Shown here in pieces: positions 50,313 through 59,967 of a DNA stretch of 64,000 nt (positions are counted from its first letter, which is position 1; every line of letters starts with the position of its first letter). This stretch comes from a candidate division WOR-3 bacterium (GTDB lineage Bacteria > Hydrothermota > 32-111). The stretch covers positions 128,001 through 192,000 of the forward strand of contig JBBFKX010000003.1 of the NCBI GenBank assembly GCA_037481815.1, written 5' to 3'. A program made the position numbers and the translations under genes. A model generated the notes under the pieces. That model had not been told where the DNA came from. It saw only the letters and a list, made by a program, of their open reading frames with translations, and did not search any database.

Positions 50313-50694
50313 TTACATGATTGTTGGAGGAATAGCAGTAGCATATTACGGTTATCCCCGCTACACTGGTGATATAGACATCTGGATAAAAAAGTCAAAA
50401 GAAAATGCTCAAAAAGTTATTGAGGTGGTAAAAAATTTTGGCTATTCAAATATCGATTTATCACTTGAGGATCTCCTTGAAGATAATATGGTTTTTCAAT
50501 TCGGAGTTGAACCAAATAGAAACGATTTAATCACAGATCTGGATGGTATAACTTTTGAAAAAGCAGAGAAAAATAAACAATTGATATCTCTTTAAAACAT
50601 TTCAGTTTATATTGTTTCTCTTGAAGATTTAAAGAAAAATAAAAAGGCATCAGGAAGATATAAAGATCTTGATGATATTGAAAATCTTCCGTGA
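50260..50694 (+). pseudogene. AbiEii/MenT-like nucleotidyltransferase with in-frame TAA at 50593
   Basis: VGGIAVAYYGYPRYTGDIDIW; after the stop the same frame continues NISVYIVSLEDLKKNKKASGRYKDLDDIENLP*. Confidence 0.75.
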
Positions 50695-50800
50695 TATATA
50701 AATAATCGCAATGTGTATTTTATTGTTATTTTTTGATATTAAAATTTAAAAGAAGCTCTGATTTAAGGGGACAGGTGTTTCAAAGTTCCAAGATCTAATC

Positions 50801-51784
50801 TCAAAATTTTGGAAATACCTCCATGCCATTTTTGTTGAGGTATTTTGTAACACCAACACTACCATTCTCTTTATACTGAAAAATTTCAACAGCATACCCA
50901 TAAACATTGTTCACAAGCATATCCTCTTCATCAGTATAAAAAATCTTTTCAAGTTGTCCTTTTGAGTTGTAAACAAAGCCCTTTTTTGCATAACCAACAA
51001 TAAAACTCTCTTTCAAATTGCCTTTCTCATCATGATAACTTTCTTCGATTTTTCTCCCCTTACTATCATATTTCCATCTTTTTATTGGGACATAAAGTTC
51101 GTTGGCACCTTTTAAACTATCATTTTTATCATAAAAACTTTCCTCTATCAATCTTCCATTGTTATCATATTTCCATTTGATTTTAGCACATCCGTATAAA
51201 TCCTCTGCAATTTCTCCATTTTCAAAATGTTGTTGTTCAACACATCTTCCATCTGAATCATACAAAAATCTGTATTCTGCAACTCCACAATAATCTTTAA
51301 CCTGATTTCCATTTTCGTCAAAATTTATGTTTTGAACAACATGTTTTAAATCTTTTCCTTTTTTATCTTTGAACACCTGATAGAAAAATTTCATTCTATA
51401 TACACCATCACTCGTTTTGATCTGATTATCATCTTTATCTTTAAAAATAAACTCTTTACCTAAACTATCATAATTAATAATAATCTTCGCAACACCAAAT
51501 ATTCCACCATTTTTCAGTTTGTTTTGCTGATAATACTCTATCGTCTTCAAAAGGTCATTTTCATATTTGAAACGATAATACTCAAAATAATTTTCAGGAT
51601 TTTTCAGTTCATCAACTCCAACAAATTCAAAATTCGTTGAAACCCCATAATCAAAACTAAGATAAGTGATTTCTTTCTGGTTCTGATTGCAATTGACTTT
51701 GCAAACATTTCCAACACACTCCCCTGCAGTTAGAAATAAATTTAATACAAAACCTATAATAATGAATAAAAAATTTCTTTTCAT
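50801..51784 (-). CDS. Exported protein with YD/RHS-like beta-hairpin repeats
   Basis: Signal peptide; repeated YD..GR.IEES.YD..G.L units. Confidence 0.65.
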   Translation of the reverse strand: MKRNFLFIIIGFVLNLFLTAGECVGNVCKVNCNQNQKEITYLSFDYGVSTNFEFVGVDELKNPENYFEYYRFKYENDLLKTIEYYQQNKLKNGGIFGVAKIIINYDSLGKEFIFKDKDDNQIKTSDGVYRMKFFYQVFKDKKGKDLKHVVQNINFDENGNQVKDYCGVAEYRFLYDSDGRCVEQQHFENGEIAEDLYGCAKIKWKYDNNGRLIEESFYDKNDSLKGANELYVPIKRWKYDSKGRKIEESYHDEKGNLKESFIVGYAKKGFVYNSKGQLEKIFYTDEEDMLVNNVYGYAVEIFQYKENGSVGVTKYLNKNGMEVFPKF

Positions 51785-51910
51785 AAATCTCCTTTATTTT
51801 TCTAAATTCTATAAAAAAAAATAAAATGTTCAATACTTAATTAAAAAAATTTTTGAGAAAAACCTGATTGTTTGATACATTTCAATCTATAAATCTATTA
51901 TGGATTAAAT

Positions 51911-51937
51911 AAAGGGACAGGCAATTCTGTCCCTTTT
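51911..51937. terminator. Intrinsic terminator hairpin (possibly bidirectional)
   Basis: AAAGGGACAG-GCAATT-CTGTCCCTTTT just after the LVIVD gene stop. Confidence 0.7.
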
Positions 51938-51947
51938 ATCAATTAAA

Positions 51948-54071
51948 CTATTTAACTATAATAAGTTTACCATTATACTCTTTTTTACCATCAACAAGTT
52001 TTATAAAATATACTCCCTTTTTAAGTTTTTTCGTATTCAAAATATAATTTCCTGGATTTTTATCTTTTTCAAAAATCACCTGTTTACCAGAAACATCATA
52101 AACAACTATTTCATTTGTTTTTCCATTCAATGTGTATTCAAAAGAATTAAGATTAATCTCCATTTTAGTAACATTTTCTTTAAGATTTTCTTTTTCAAGG
52201 TTGGTAAGAGTATTTTTCAATATATAAAAACACCCGGATGCAAGATAAACATAATTATTATCAGCCCAAACATCCCTTGCTTCTCCTGGCGTATCATAAT
52301 ATCCAACTTCTTGAGGATTTGTTGGATCTGTTACATCTATAACCCTTACACCCGAATTCTGATCAGCCACATAAGCATAATTTCCAACAACACAAACATC
52401 CCAGGACCAACCAGGTGTATCATAATATCCAACCTCTTGAGGATTTGTTGGATCTGTTATATCAACTATCCTGAGACCAAAAGTTCCATCCGCCAAATAA
52501 GCGTAGTTTCCAGAAACAAATACTCCCCTTGACCAGCCTTGAGAAACATAATATCCCAACACAACTGGTGATGATGGATTTGAAATGTTTACTATTTTAA
52601 AACCATTATTATTTAATGCCAAAAAAGCATAATTCCCATTTACACAAATATTGTAAATATAACCAACAGTATCAACAGAAGCAACTTTTGAAGGAGATGT
52701 GGGGTTTGAAACATCCACAATGCATAAGCCAGAATCACCATCTGCAATATAAGCATAGTTCCCGGAAACAACAACATTGTTTGGATAACCAGGAGTATCA
52801 TAAACACCCACTTGTGTTATGTTTGCAGGATCAGAAATATTCAATATTCGCAAACCCCAACCAACATCAGTTACATAAGCATAATTTCCAGTAACATAAT
52901 GTCCATTGGTATTATTAACATTACTATAACTTCCCACCTCATAAGGATTAAATTTATTTGAGATATCAATTATCCTAAATCCACATTCTCCATTTGTAAC
53001 ATAAGCATAATTTCCAACAACATATACATAATAAGATAAACCATAAAAACCATAACTCCCAATTTGGGCTGGTATCGAAGGATTTGAAACATCAACTATC
53101 ATCAATCCCAAAGTTGAAACACATGCATAAACATAGTTACTATCTTTAAAAATATATTCAACAAACTCACCAAAACTAAAATTACTTACTAACACAGGAT
53201 TAGATTTATCTGAAACATCCAAGATTAAAATTCCCCAATATCCATTTGCCACATAAGCATAGTTTCCACTAACATTAACATTTAAAGCCAAACAATTTGT
53301 GGCATAATATCCTGTTTCAAAAGGAGTTGATGGGTTTGTTATATCAAAAATCCTTACCCCACCCCAGTATCCATCAGCAACATAAACATAATTACCTGAA
53401 ATAAAAAGATCATACGCATAACCAGGGGTATCAACAGAAACAACTTTTGAAGGAGATGTGGGGTTTGAAACATCTACAATGCATAAGCCAGAATCACCAT
53501 CTGCAATATAAGCATAGTTCCCGGAAACAACAATGCTCATTTCCCAACCTGGAGAATTAAAATAACCCACCTCTACTGGATTTAACATATTGGAAATGTT
53601 TAAAATTACAAGACCATTACTACCATCAAGAACATAAGCAATTGTATCTTTTACAAAAATATTATAAGCAACACCTGATGTATCATAAAATCTTATAAAT
53701 GTTGGATTTGAAGGATCAGATACATCATAGATTCCAATACCAGTTAACCCACAGGCAATATATAAATGATTTCCTTCAACAAAAATCCCATTTATATACT
53801 CTGGGGCTCCGATCTCGCTCAAAAACACTGGATTGTTTTTGTTTTTCACATTAAGTAATACCACATAATAATCAGATTGAACGAAAGCGATAGTATCAAC
53901 AACATAAACTTTTCTTGCATAACCATAGTAAGGAACTCTTCCGATTCTTTTCATGTTCAAACTATCATAGGTATTTTTGGGGTTGGCGAAACCTTTAAAA
54001 TATAGCATCTCCTCAGCAGAAACCGAAATCAAAACTAATAAAATAAAAAGAGTTAAATAAACTTTTTTCAT
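51948..54071 (-). CDS. Secreted LVIVD-repeat beta-propeller protein with T9SS-type C-terminal sorting-like domain
   Basis: Signal peptide; ~42-aa repeats V.GNYAYVADG..GL.IVDVSNP..P..VG.YDTPG; C-terminus IVVYDVSGKQV...LKKGVYFIKL...GKLIIVK. Confidence 0.88.
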   Translation of the reverse strand: MKKVYLTLFILLVLISVSAEEMLYFKGFANPKNTYDSLNMKRIGRVPYYGYARKVYVVDTIAFVQSDYYVVLLNVKNKNNPVFLSEIGAPEYINGIFVEGNHLYIACGLTGIGIYDVSDPSNPTFIRFYDTSGVAYNIFVKDTIAYVLDGSNGLVILNISNMLNPVEVGYFNSPGWEMSIVVSGNYAYIADGDSGLCIVDVSNPTSPSKVVSVDTPGYAYDLFISGNYVYVADGYWGGVRIFDITNPSTPFETGYYATNCLALNVNVSGNYAYVANGYWGILILDVSDKSNPVLVSNFSFGEFVEYIFKDSNYVYACVSTLGLMIVDVSNPSIPAQIGSYGFYGLSYYVYVVGNYAYVTNGECGFRIIDISNKFNPYEVGSYSNVNNTNGHYVTGNYAYVTDVGWGLRILNISDPANITQVGVYDTPGYPNNVVVSGNYAYIADGDSGLCIVDVSNPTSPSKVASVDTVGYIYNICVNGNYAFLALNNNGFKIVNISNPSSPVVLGYYVSQGWSRGVFVSGNYAYLADGTFGLRIVDITDPTNPQEVGYYDTPGWSWDVCVVGNYAYVADQNSGVRVIDVTDPTNPQEVGYYDTPGEARDVWADNNYVYLASGCFYILKNTLTNLEKENLKENVTKMEINLNSFEYTLNGKTNEIVVYDVSGKQVIFEKDKNPGNYILNTKKLKKGVYFIKLVDGKKEYNGKLIIVK
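52669..53533. repeat. Near-identical intragenic direct repeat (106 bp x2)
   Basis: 52669-52774 vs 53428-53533, two mismatches by manual alignment. Confidence 0.85.
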
Positions 54072-54148
54072 TTACCCTCCTCTTTAAATTTTATGTTTTT
54101 TTAATTTTTGATTTAACTAAAAAAATTAAATTTGCCAGCCATCCAAAT

Positions 54149-55797
54149 TCATACCTTGAACCTGTCAACATATCTTTTCATCTCCTCAGCAATATTCTTT
54201 AAAGTCAATATCGATTCAGAAAGCGAATTAAAAGAAGCCGTTTCTTCTTCAACCGCCGCTGAGACCTCCTGGGCTGCTGCTGCATTCTGTTCTGACTCCT
54301 TCGTAATCTTTTCAATATATGTTGAAAGTTCACTTACAGCATTTTTAGAAATCTCACTTTTTTGAGCAATATTCTCTATTTCTAAAACAGAGTTTTCCAT
54401 ATCCTCAGATATGTTTTTCAATTTATTCGATATATCAAAAAATATACCTTTTGAACTGTTTATTCCTTCTTTCGTTTTCAGTGATTCCTCAATAAGAGTT
54501 TCGGTTTTCTCTAAAATTTCATTCACTATCACATCTATCTCTTTTGCTCTTTCTTTACTGTTGTTTGCAAGTTTTGTTATCTCCTGTGCAACTACCGAAA
54601 AACCTCTTCCATATTCACCAGCCCTTGCTGCCTCAATCATCGCATTTAAAGATAAAAGAGATGTCTTATTCGAAATGTTGTTTATGGTATCCATTATCTC
54701 AGGTATCTTTTTCAACTCATCAGCAAGGTTTCTTATTCTGTTCGATAAAGAGTCAATCGAATTAACAAGATCTTCAGAACTTTTAAACGCTTTTTCCGAC
54801 TCAAACTTCCCTTCAACTGAATTTTTTAAAGTATTCTGCGACATCTCTTTTGCTTTCAATGCTGCCTGTTGCGTTTCAAAAACATTGCTATTGGTTATTT
54901 TTGCTTTTTCAAGTATATACATTACCGACTCCATCTGTTTTTGTGAACTGTTTGCGATTTCCTGAATCGACGATGAAATCTCTTCTGATGAAGCAAGAAG
55001 TTGTTCTGTTGTTGATGAAAGAGTATCAGATTGTTCAAAAAGTTTTGGAGAGGTTTTTTTTAATTCAACAACGACCTCACTCAACTCATCAAGAAACTCG
55101 TTGATCCCATCAGACAAATATCCTATTTCATTGTTCTCTTTTTTTTCTATTCTTCTTGTTAAGTCGGTCCCAATAGAACTCACTTTGTTTGATATTTTAA
55201 CAACAGGATTAATTAAAATCCTGACCAAGATGGTGGCAGTAAAAATACCAGCCAGAAGTGCTATCAAAGCAAATATCAAAGAAATTTTTAACATTTTAAA
55301 AATTGAACTTTTTAAATGTTCTTCACTGATACCGATTCTGACAAAACCGATAAAAGTTTTTTCAAACGATTCTAAAAAATCTTCTCCACTTACACTTATT
55401 GGATAATAGAATTCCCATATCTTTCCCTCAGTAAAATATGGTTCATCATTTTTCATTCTATCAATAATCTTATTATCGATCAGATCATCAAATTCTATTT
55501 TTGATTGGCAGGATATAACTTTACCATCTTTATCATAGACATAAGAATAAACTATATCATTTTGAGAAGAGAGATTTAACAAGACCTCAGAAATATCATT
55601 ACAGTTTTCTTCAACAACCGATTTCTTACACGCAAGTGAAAATAAAGAAGCGATGGACTCTCCTTTCGTTTTGAACTCTCTTTTTAAAGATCCAATTGAA
55701 AATAAAAAAATGCTTCAAAAACGATTACTATTGAAACAACAAGGATCACTATTATAAAAGTTGACTTTTTCAGCAAACTGTTTCTTTTTTGTTTCAT
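54149..55797 (-). pseudogene. Methyl-accepting chemotaxis-like receptor, 1-nt frameshift near 55704-55710
   Basis: HAMP + [27 protein letters not shown] signalling tip; ATG 55797 overlaps the upstream stop and encodes TM1, then shifts frame at a T7 run. Confidence 0.85.
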
Positions 55798-56666
55798 CTG
55801 TATATCTCTTTAGCACTCTTTAAAACTTTATCATCAAATCTAATATTCAAATCTGATGAAACTTTAAGGTTCACATAAAGATACCCATCAGGCATATCTT
55901 TGGGATTTTCGAGTTTTTTTTCATCAAGGTATTTTTTTATCATTTTTCCCAGAATCATTCCATTTTCAAAGTAATCTGGAGATAAACCAAAAAGCGCTCC
56001 CGCTTTAACAAGTTTGTCAGATGTTACAAACAATGGTATTTTTGTTTTCTGTGAATGCAAAATCATATTGTTGATAACACCAGCAGAAGATATTACAGGA
56101 TCTGTTATCAAAACGATCAAAGAAACATCTTTCAATAAGTTTATCTTTTCATTTACATCATTCTCATTCTCACTTTTTATCTTTTTAACACTGATACCAG
56201 ATTTTTCTGCATCCTTTTCAAACTGCTTAATCAGTTCTTCCTTAGAATATAATATTCCTATACTTTTACAGTCTGGAATAACCGATTTTATAACATTCAA
56301 CTGCTTTGAATAATCTATGTTCAAACTTACTCCTGTAATATTTTCATCTTTTCCAGCGATCAATGTTGGATTGTAAACCATTCCATAGAATATGGGTTTT
56401 TTTATCTTTTCAGATATAACGATTTTCAATGGAGTTTCTCCTAAAACACAGATAAGATCATAATTTTCTATGTTTTTTAATCCATTTAAAACTTCCTCTT
56501 TTTTCCCATCACAATCTAAAAGAACATAATCTTTAATCCCTGACTTTTCGATTCCAGATAATGCAATATTGTATATATCAACATTTTTCCATTTTAGAAT
56601 CAAGATTTTTGATTCAAGATTTTTAACGAGTAACAAAAAAAGTATCAGAATAAAAAACTTTTTCAT
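55794..56666 (-). CDS. Periplasmic ABC-type substrate-binding protein (ABC_sub_bind-like)
   Basis: Signal peptide, NITGVSL, SIGILYS, LVKAGALFGL.PDY...G, YVNLK. Confidence 0.8.
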   Translation of the reverse strand: MKKFFILILFLLLVKNLESKILILKWKNVDIYNIALSGIEKSGIKDYVLLDCDGKKEEVLNGLKNIENYDLICVLGETPLKIVISEKIKKPIFYGMVYNPTLIAGKDENITGVSLNIDYSKQLNVIKSVIPDCKSIGILYSKEELIKQFEKDAEKSGISVKKIKSENENDVNEKINLLKDVSLIVLITDPVISSAGVINNMILHSQKTKIPLFVTSDKLVKAGALFGLSPDYFENGMILGKMIKKYLDEKKLENPKDMPDGYLYVNLKVSSDLNIRFDDKVLKSAKEIYR

Positions 56667-56678
56667 TTTATCCCCATT

Positions 56679-58646
56679 TTATTTGCAGAAACAGTATGTT
56701 ATCTTTAAACCAAATTCCCTATCAAGTCCTGGCATCGGAGCAAATCCTCCATTGTAAGGCTGGATAAATTGGTAAGGTGTATTAAGAATGTTTTTCACAA
56801 AAAATGAAAGAGACAAATTTTTCAACAAGAGATCTTTTATCGTTAAGTTTAAATTTACAAGAATATCGGGATCAAAAGATTTAAATACAAAATCATCAAT
56901 ACTATCATCAAATCTATAATAGGCATATTTGGAAGACAAATATGCTCCATTAAAATTAAGAAAAAGATTTGATAACAAAGAAAAAGTTCCCGAGAATCCC
57001 ATTTTGTGCCTTGGAGCACCTAAAAAAGATTTTTCATCCGTTGGAACACTATATAGTTCTACTTCATTCCTGTTCGCTATATAGTATGAATAATTCATTT
57101 TTATATCAACCTTACTCTTCTTTAACCTGTATTCAATCTCAAAACCTCTTGAACCAATACGTGTATCGTTAAAATAACCTTCAACAAAAGTTTCCTCATC
57201 AAAATAGTATACAATAGGTGAAATAATGTTAACATCATATATGTTTCCCACAACAAACATTTCAGGAGTGATCATATAACCGGCTTCGACCTCAAAAGTT
57301 TTTGTTTTTTCAGGTAAAATGTTTAAATTTACATTCACATTCATAAAACTTGGGGATCTGAATGAGTGTGCATACAATAATTTAATATGAAATTTATCAA
57401 AAACTTTTGTAAAACCAATTCTCGGGACTAAAAATTTCCCATACAATTTGTTGTATTCGAACCTGAAACCTGAAATTGAAAGAAGATCAACTCTGGGAAT
57501 CTTATAAAAAAGTTCTGTGAAAATTGAAATATTTTGATTAACAATTTTTCTTGTTCCATCAGCAAAATCCACCTGTAAACTATCGTTTGCAACGCATCTT
57601 TCATAATAATATTCTTCACCAAACATAAAAGAAAGATCTTTTGAATGCTCATAGTTCAATGAAACATTCTCAAGGATCCTTTCTGCTTTCAAATTCCAGT
57701 AATTTTCCGATACATTTGAACTCGTATCGGTTATTTGCCATGGATACTGTAATTTGTATTTTACTGCTGGTAAAATTTTTATTTTCTCATTCAAATCTAA
57801 GTTGTATTTAATATCAGCAAAATAATAATCAAATTTTTGATTGACACTTTTGGGCAGTATATAATCATAAACATTTCTTACCGTCATATCATATCTATCA
57901 ACCATTAAATTGGCTTCAAGATCTTTAAAAGTAAAATTCAATCTTCCATTTAATGGAATTATATTCGAGTTTGAACTCATAAAGAAACTGTCATTATACA
58001 TATCATAATAAGTTCTAACACTTCTTATAGATTGGTTGTAAGAAAATGAACCACCAATATTAAAAGATGAAAAATTTTTATTAAAAGAAACAACTCCACC
58101 TCTTTTTGAATAGGTTTTCCCAAAACTTGAATATACTAAATCAGTTTTTAAAAACTCTCTATTGTCTTCTTTTTTAGTAACAATATTTATCACCCCAAGT
58201 TCTGCAAAACCACCATATTTTACAGAGCCCGGACCTCTTATGATTTCTATCCTTTCAATGATTTCAGGTGATATATGGTTTCCAAGAATAACATTTGAAT
58301 AGGTCAGTTCATTCATTTCGTGTCCATCAAGAAGCAAAAGAATTTTTCCTTCATTCGCCCAGATACCCCTTACACCCAAACTAACCGTTTGTGAAACATC
58401 TGCACCAAAGAAAAAACCTGGTATAAAATTTAAAATTTCAATAAGGTCTTTTGCCCCACTTTTTTCAATTTCATCTTTAGTTATTATAGTCACAATACCT
58501 GCTGTTTCTCTAACGGTGAGTGATTTTTGTGTGGCAACATTAACCTCTTGCGATAAAAGTTCTTCAAGACCTAACTCCTGTTGAAATGAAAAAATAAAAG
58601 TAAAAAGTATAAAAAAAGAAAAAAATATTTTCAGGGAATTTTTCAT
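56679..58646 (-). CDS. TonB-dependent receptor
   Basis: LEELL...V..AT, plug TIIT.DEI..SGA.DL.EIL..IPG, IERIEIIRGPGSVKYG, C-terminal barrel strand. Confidence 0.9.
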   Translation of the reverse strand: MKNSLKIFFSFFILFTFIFSFQQELGLEELLSQEVNVATQKSLTVRETAGIVTIITKDEIEKSGAKDLIEILNFIPGFFFGADVSQTVSLGVRGIWANEGKILLLLDGHEMNELTYSNVILGNHISPEIIERIEIIRGPGSVKYGGFAELGVINIVTKKEDNREFLKTDLVYSSFGKTYSKRGGVVSFNKNFSSFNIGGSFSYNQSIRSVRTYYDMYNDSFFMSSNSNIIPLNGRLNFTFKDLEANLMVDRYDMTVRNVYDYILPKSVNQKFDYYFADIKYNLDLNEKIKILPAVKYKLQYPWQITDTSSNVSENYWNLKAERILENVSLNYEHSKDLSFMFGEEYYYERCVANDSLQVDFADGTRKIVNQNISIFTELFYKIPRVDLLSISGFRFEYNKLYGKFLVPRIGFTKVFDKFHIKLLYAHSFRSPSFMNVNVNLNILPEKTKTFEVEAGYMITPEMFVVGNIYDVNIISPIVYYFDEETFVEGYFNDTRIGSRGFEIEYRLKKSKVDIKMNYSYYIANRNEVELYSVPTDEKSFLGAPRHKMGFSGTFSLLSNLFLNFNGAYLSSKYAYYRFDDSIDDFVFKSFDPDILVNLNLTIKDLLLKNLSLSFFVKNILNTPYQFIQPYNGGFAPMPGLDREFGLKITYCFCK

Positions 58647-58845
58647 AACCCTCCTTAAATTTTTTTAATTTTATCATAAATTTTTTAAAAGTCAAAAAAT
58701 TTTTCAAATCAGCACATATATCATCGGTCTTTTTAAAAAATCAAAAGTGATAAATTTGAGTTGATTTAAATCGATTAAATTTTATAATAAAAAAATGGGA
58801 ATAAAATTCTCTTTTTTAATACTCAAAAATTAACAAGGAGTATTT

Positions 58846-59967
58846 ATGAAAAATTTTTTCATCTTTTTTATTCTATTATTTTTACTTCTATCTTCCTGTA
58901 ACCTTGGACCACAAGCGGAATATGGACCTGACGACACGGTAAAAATTTCAGGGAAATGTTTTGATATAGATTCAACATCATATAACGATATGGAGATTGG
59001 ATTATGGATATCTTCACCAGAGTCGTTTCTAACAGATTTTTTCGGTTTAACACCTTCAACCTATACTGTTACAGATTCAACCGGTTATTATGAGTTTCTA
59101 AGAAAAGGTAGAGATTTCACTTCAACTAACGGCTCAACTTATAAAGTTTCCGTAATGAACTATAACACAAATCTCCCTTTTGAACCTCACACAAGAATAG
59201 ATTTTTATCCAATACATGTGGATAATCAGGTTCCTGATTTAAAATTATGGAACGGAGAATGCAATTTTACAATAAACGACGATGTCGTTAGATTTACCTA
59301 TGAAGGTATTGAAAAAATTGGAGTTTTAGATGTTGATTCATATAGATTTGAAGTAAAAGCAAAGATAGATGGAATCGGATACAATCTATGGCAAAAAAAA
59401 GTTCATAAAACAGATTCAATCTATTTACCAGTTTATATTTTTGGGGGAACACAATATCTTGGATGGAGAATGGTTTGTGAAAAGAAAGCACCTTCTGACG
59501 CTGATTTTGGTTTTATTTATATGTCCGAAACTGATACGACTTCAATTCCGTTAAATGGATATACAAACATATCTCTTGGGAAAAATTGTTTTAGAGAGGC
59601 AACACCTGAAACAATCAAAACTTTGACGGATGGCGGTTTTGGTCCATATCCTTCATATTCCTTATCTATAAGTTCAACAGATGTATCCTGGATTGTGCTT
59701 GACCTTGGGCAGGTATATGATTCGATATTTTCAGTTGTGGTTTACGGAATAAATCATACTGGCGAAACAGGAAAATACTACCTGATTTTAGATGAAGACA
59801 CAAGTAATGGATGGGATGAAAAAATTGATTCCGTATCTATGGATCAACACTATTTCTATTTTGAAAATATAAATAAAAGAGCAAGATACATAAGATTAGA
59901 ACTAAGTAAGATGTCAAATATGAGCATATCTAACTGCAGGGAAATAAGCGTTTTTAAGAAAAACTGA
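58846..59967 (+). CDS. Lipoprotein, beta-rich, with C-terminal discoidin/F5-8C-like domain
   Basis: Lipobox LLSSC; LTDG...WIVLDLG...ARYIRL...EISVF. Confidence 0.6.
   Translation: MKNFFIFFILLFLLLSSCNLGPQAEYGPDDTVKISGKCFDIDSTSYNDMEIGLWISSPESFLTDFFGLTPSTYTVTDSTGYYEFLRKGRDFTSTNGSTYKVSVMNYNTNLPFEPHTRIDFYPIHVDNQVPDLKLWNGECNFTINDDVVRFTYEGIEKIGVLDVDSYRFEVKAKIDGIGYNLWQKKVHKTDSIYLPVYIFGGTQYLGWRMVCEKKAPSDADFGFIYMSETDTTSIPLNGYTNISLGKNCFREATPETIKTLTDGGFGPYPSYSLSISSTDVSWIVLDLGQVYDSIFSVVVYGINHTGETGKYYLILDEDTSNGWDEKIDSVSMDQHYFYFENINKRARYIRLELSKMSNMSISNCREISVFKKN

Noticed and set aside
58761..58774. FNR-like TTGAT-N4-ATCGA palindrome
   Set aside because: One mismatch, AT-rich context, and adequately explained as the -35 of a TTGATT-N16-TATAAT promoter
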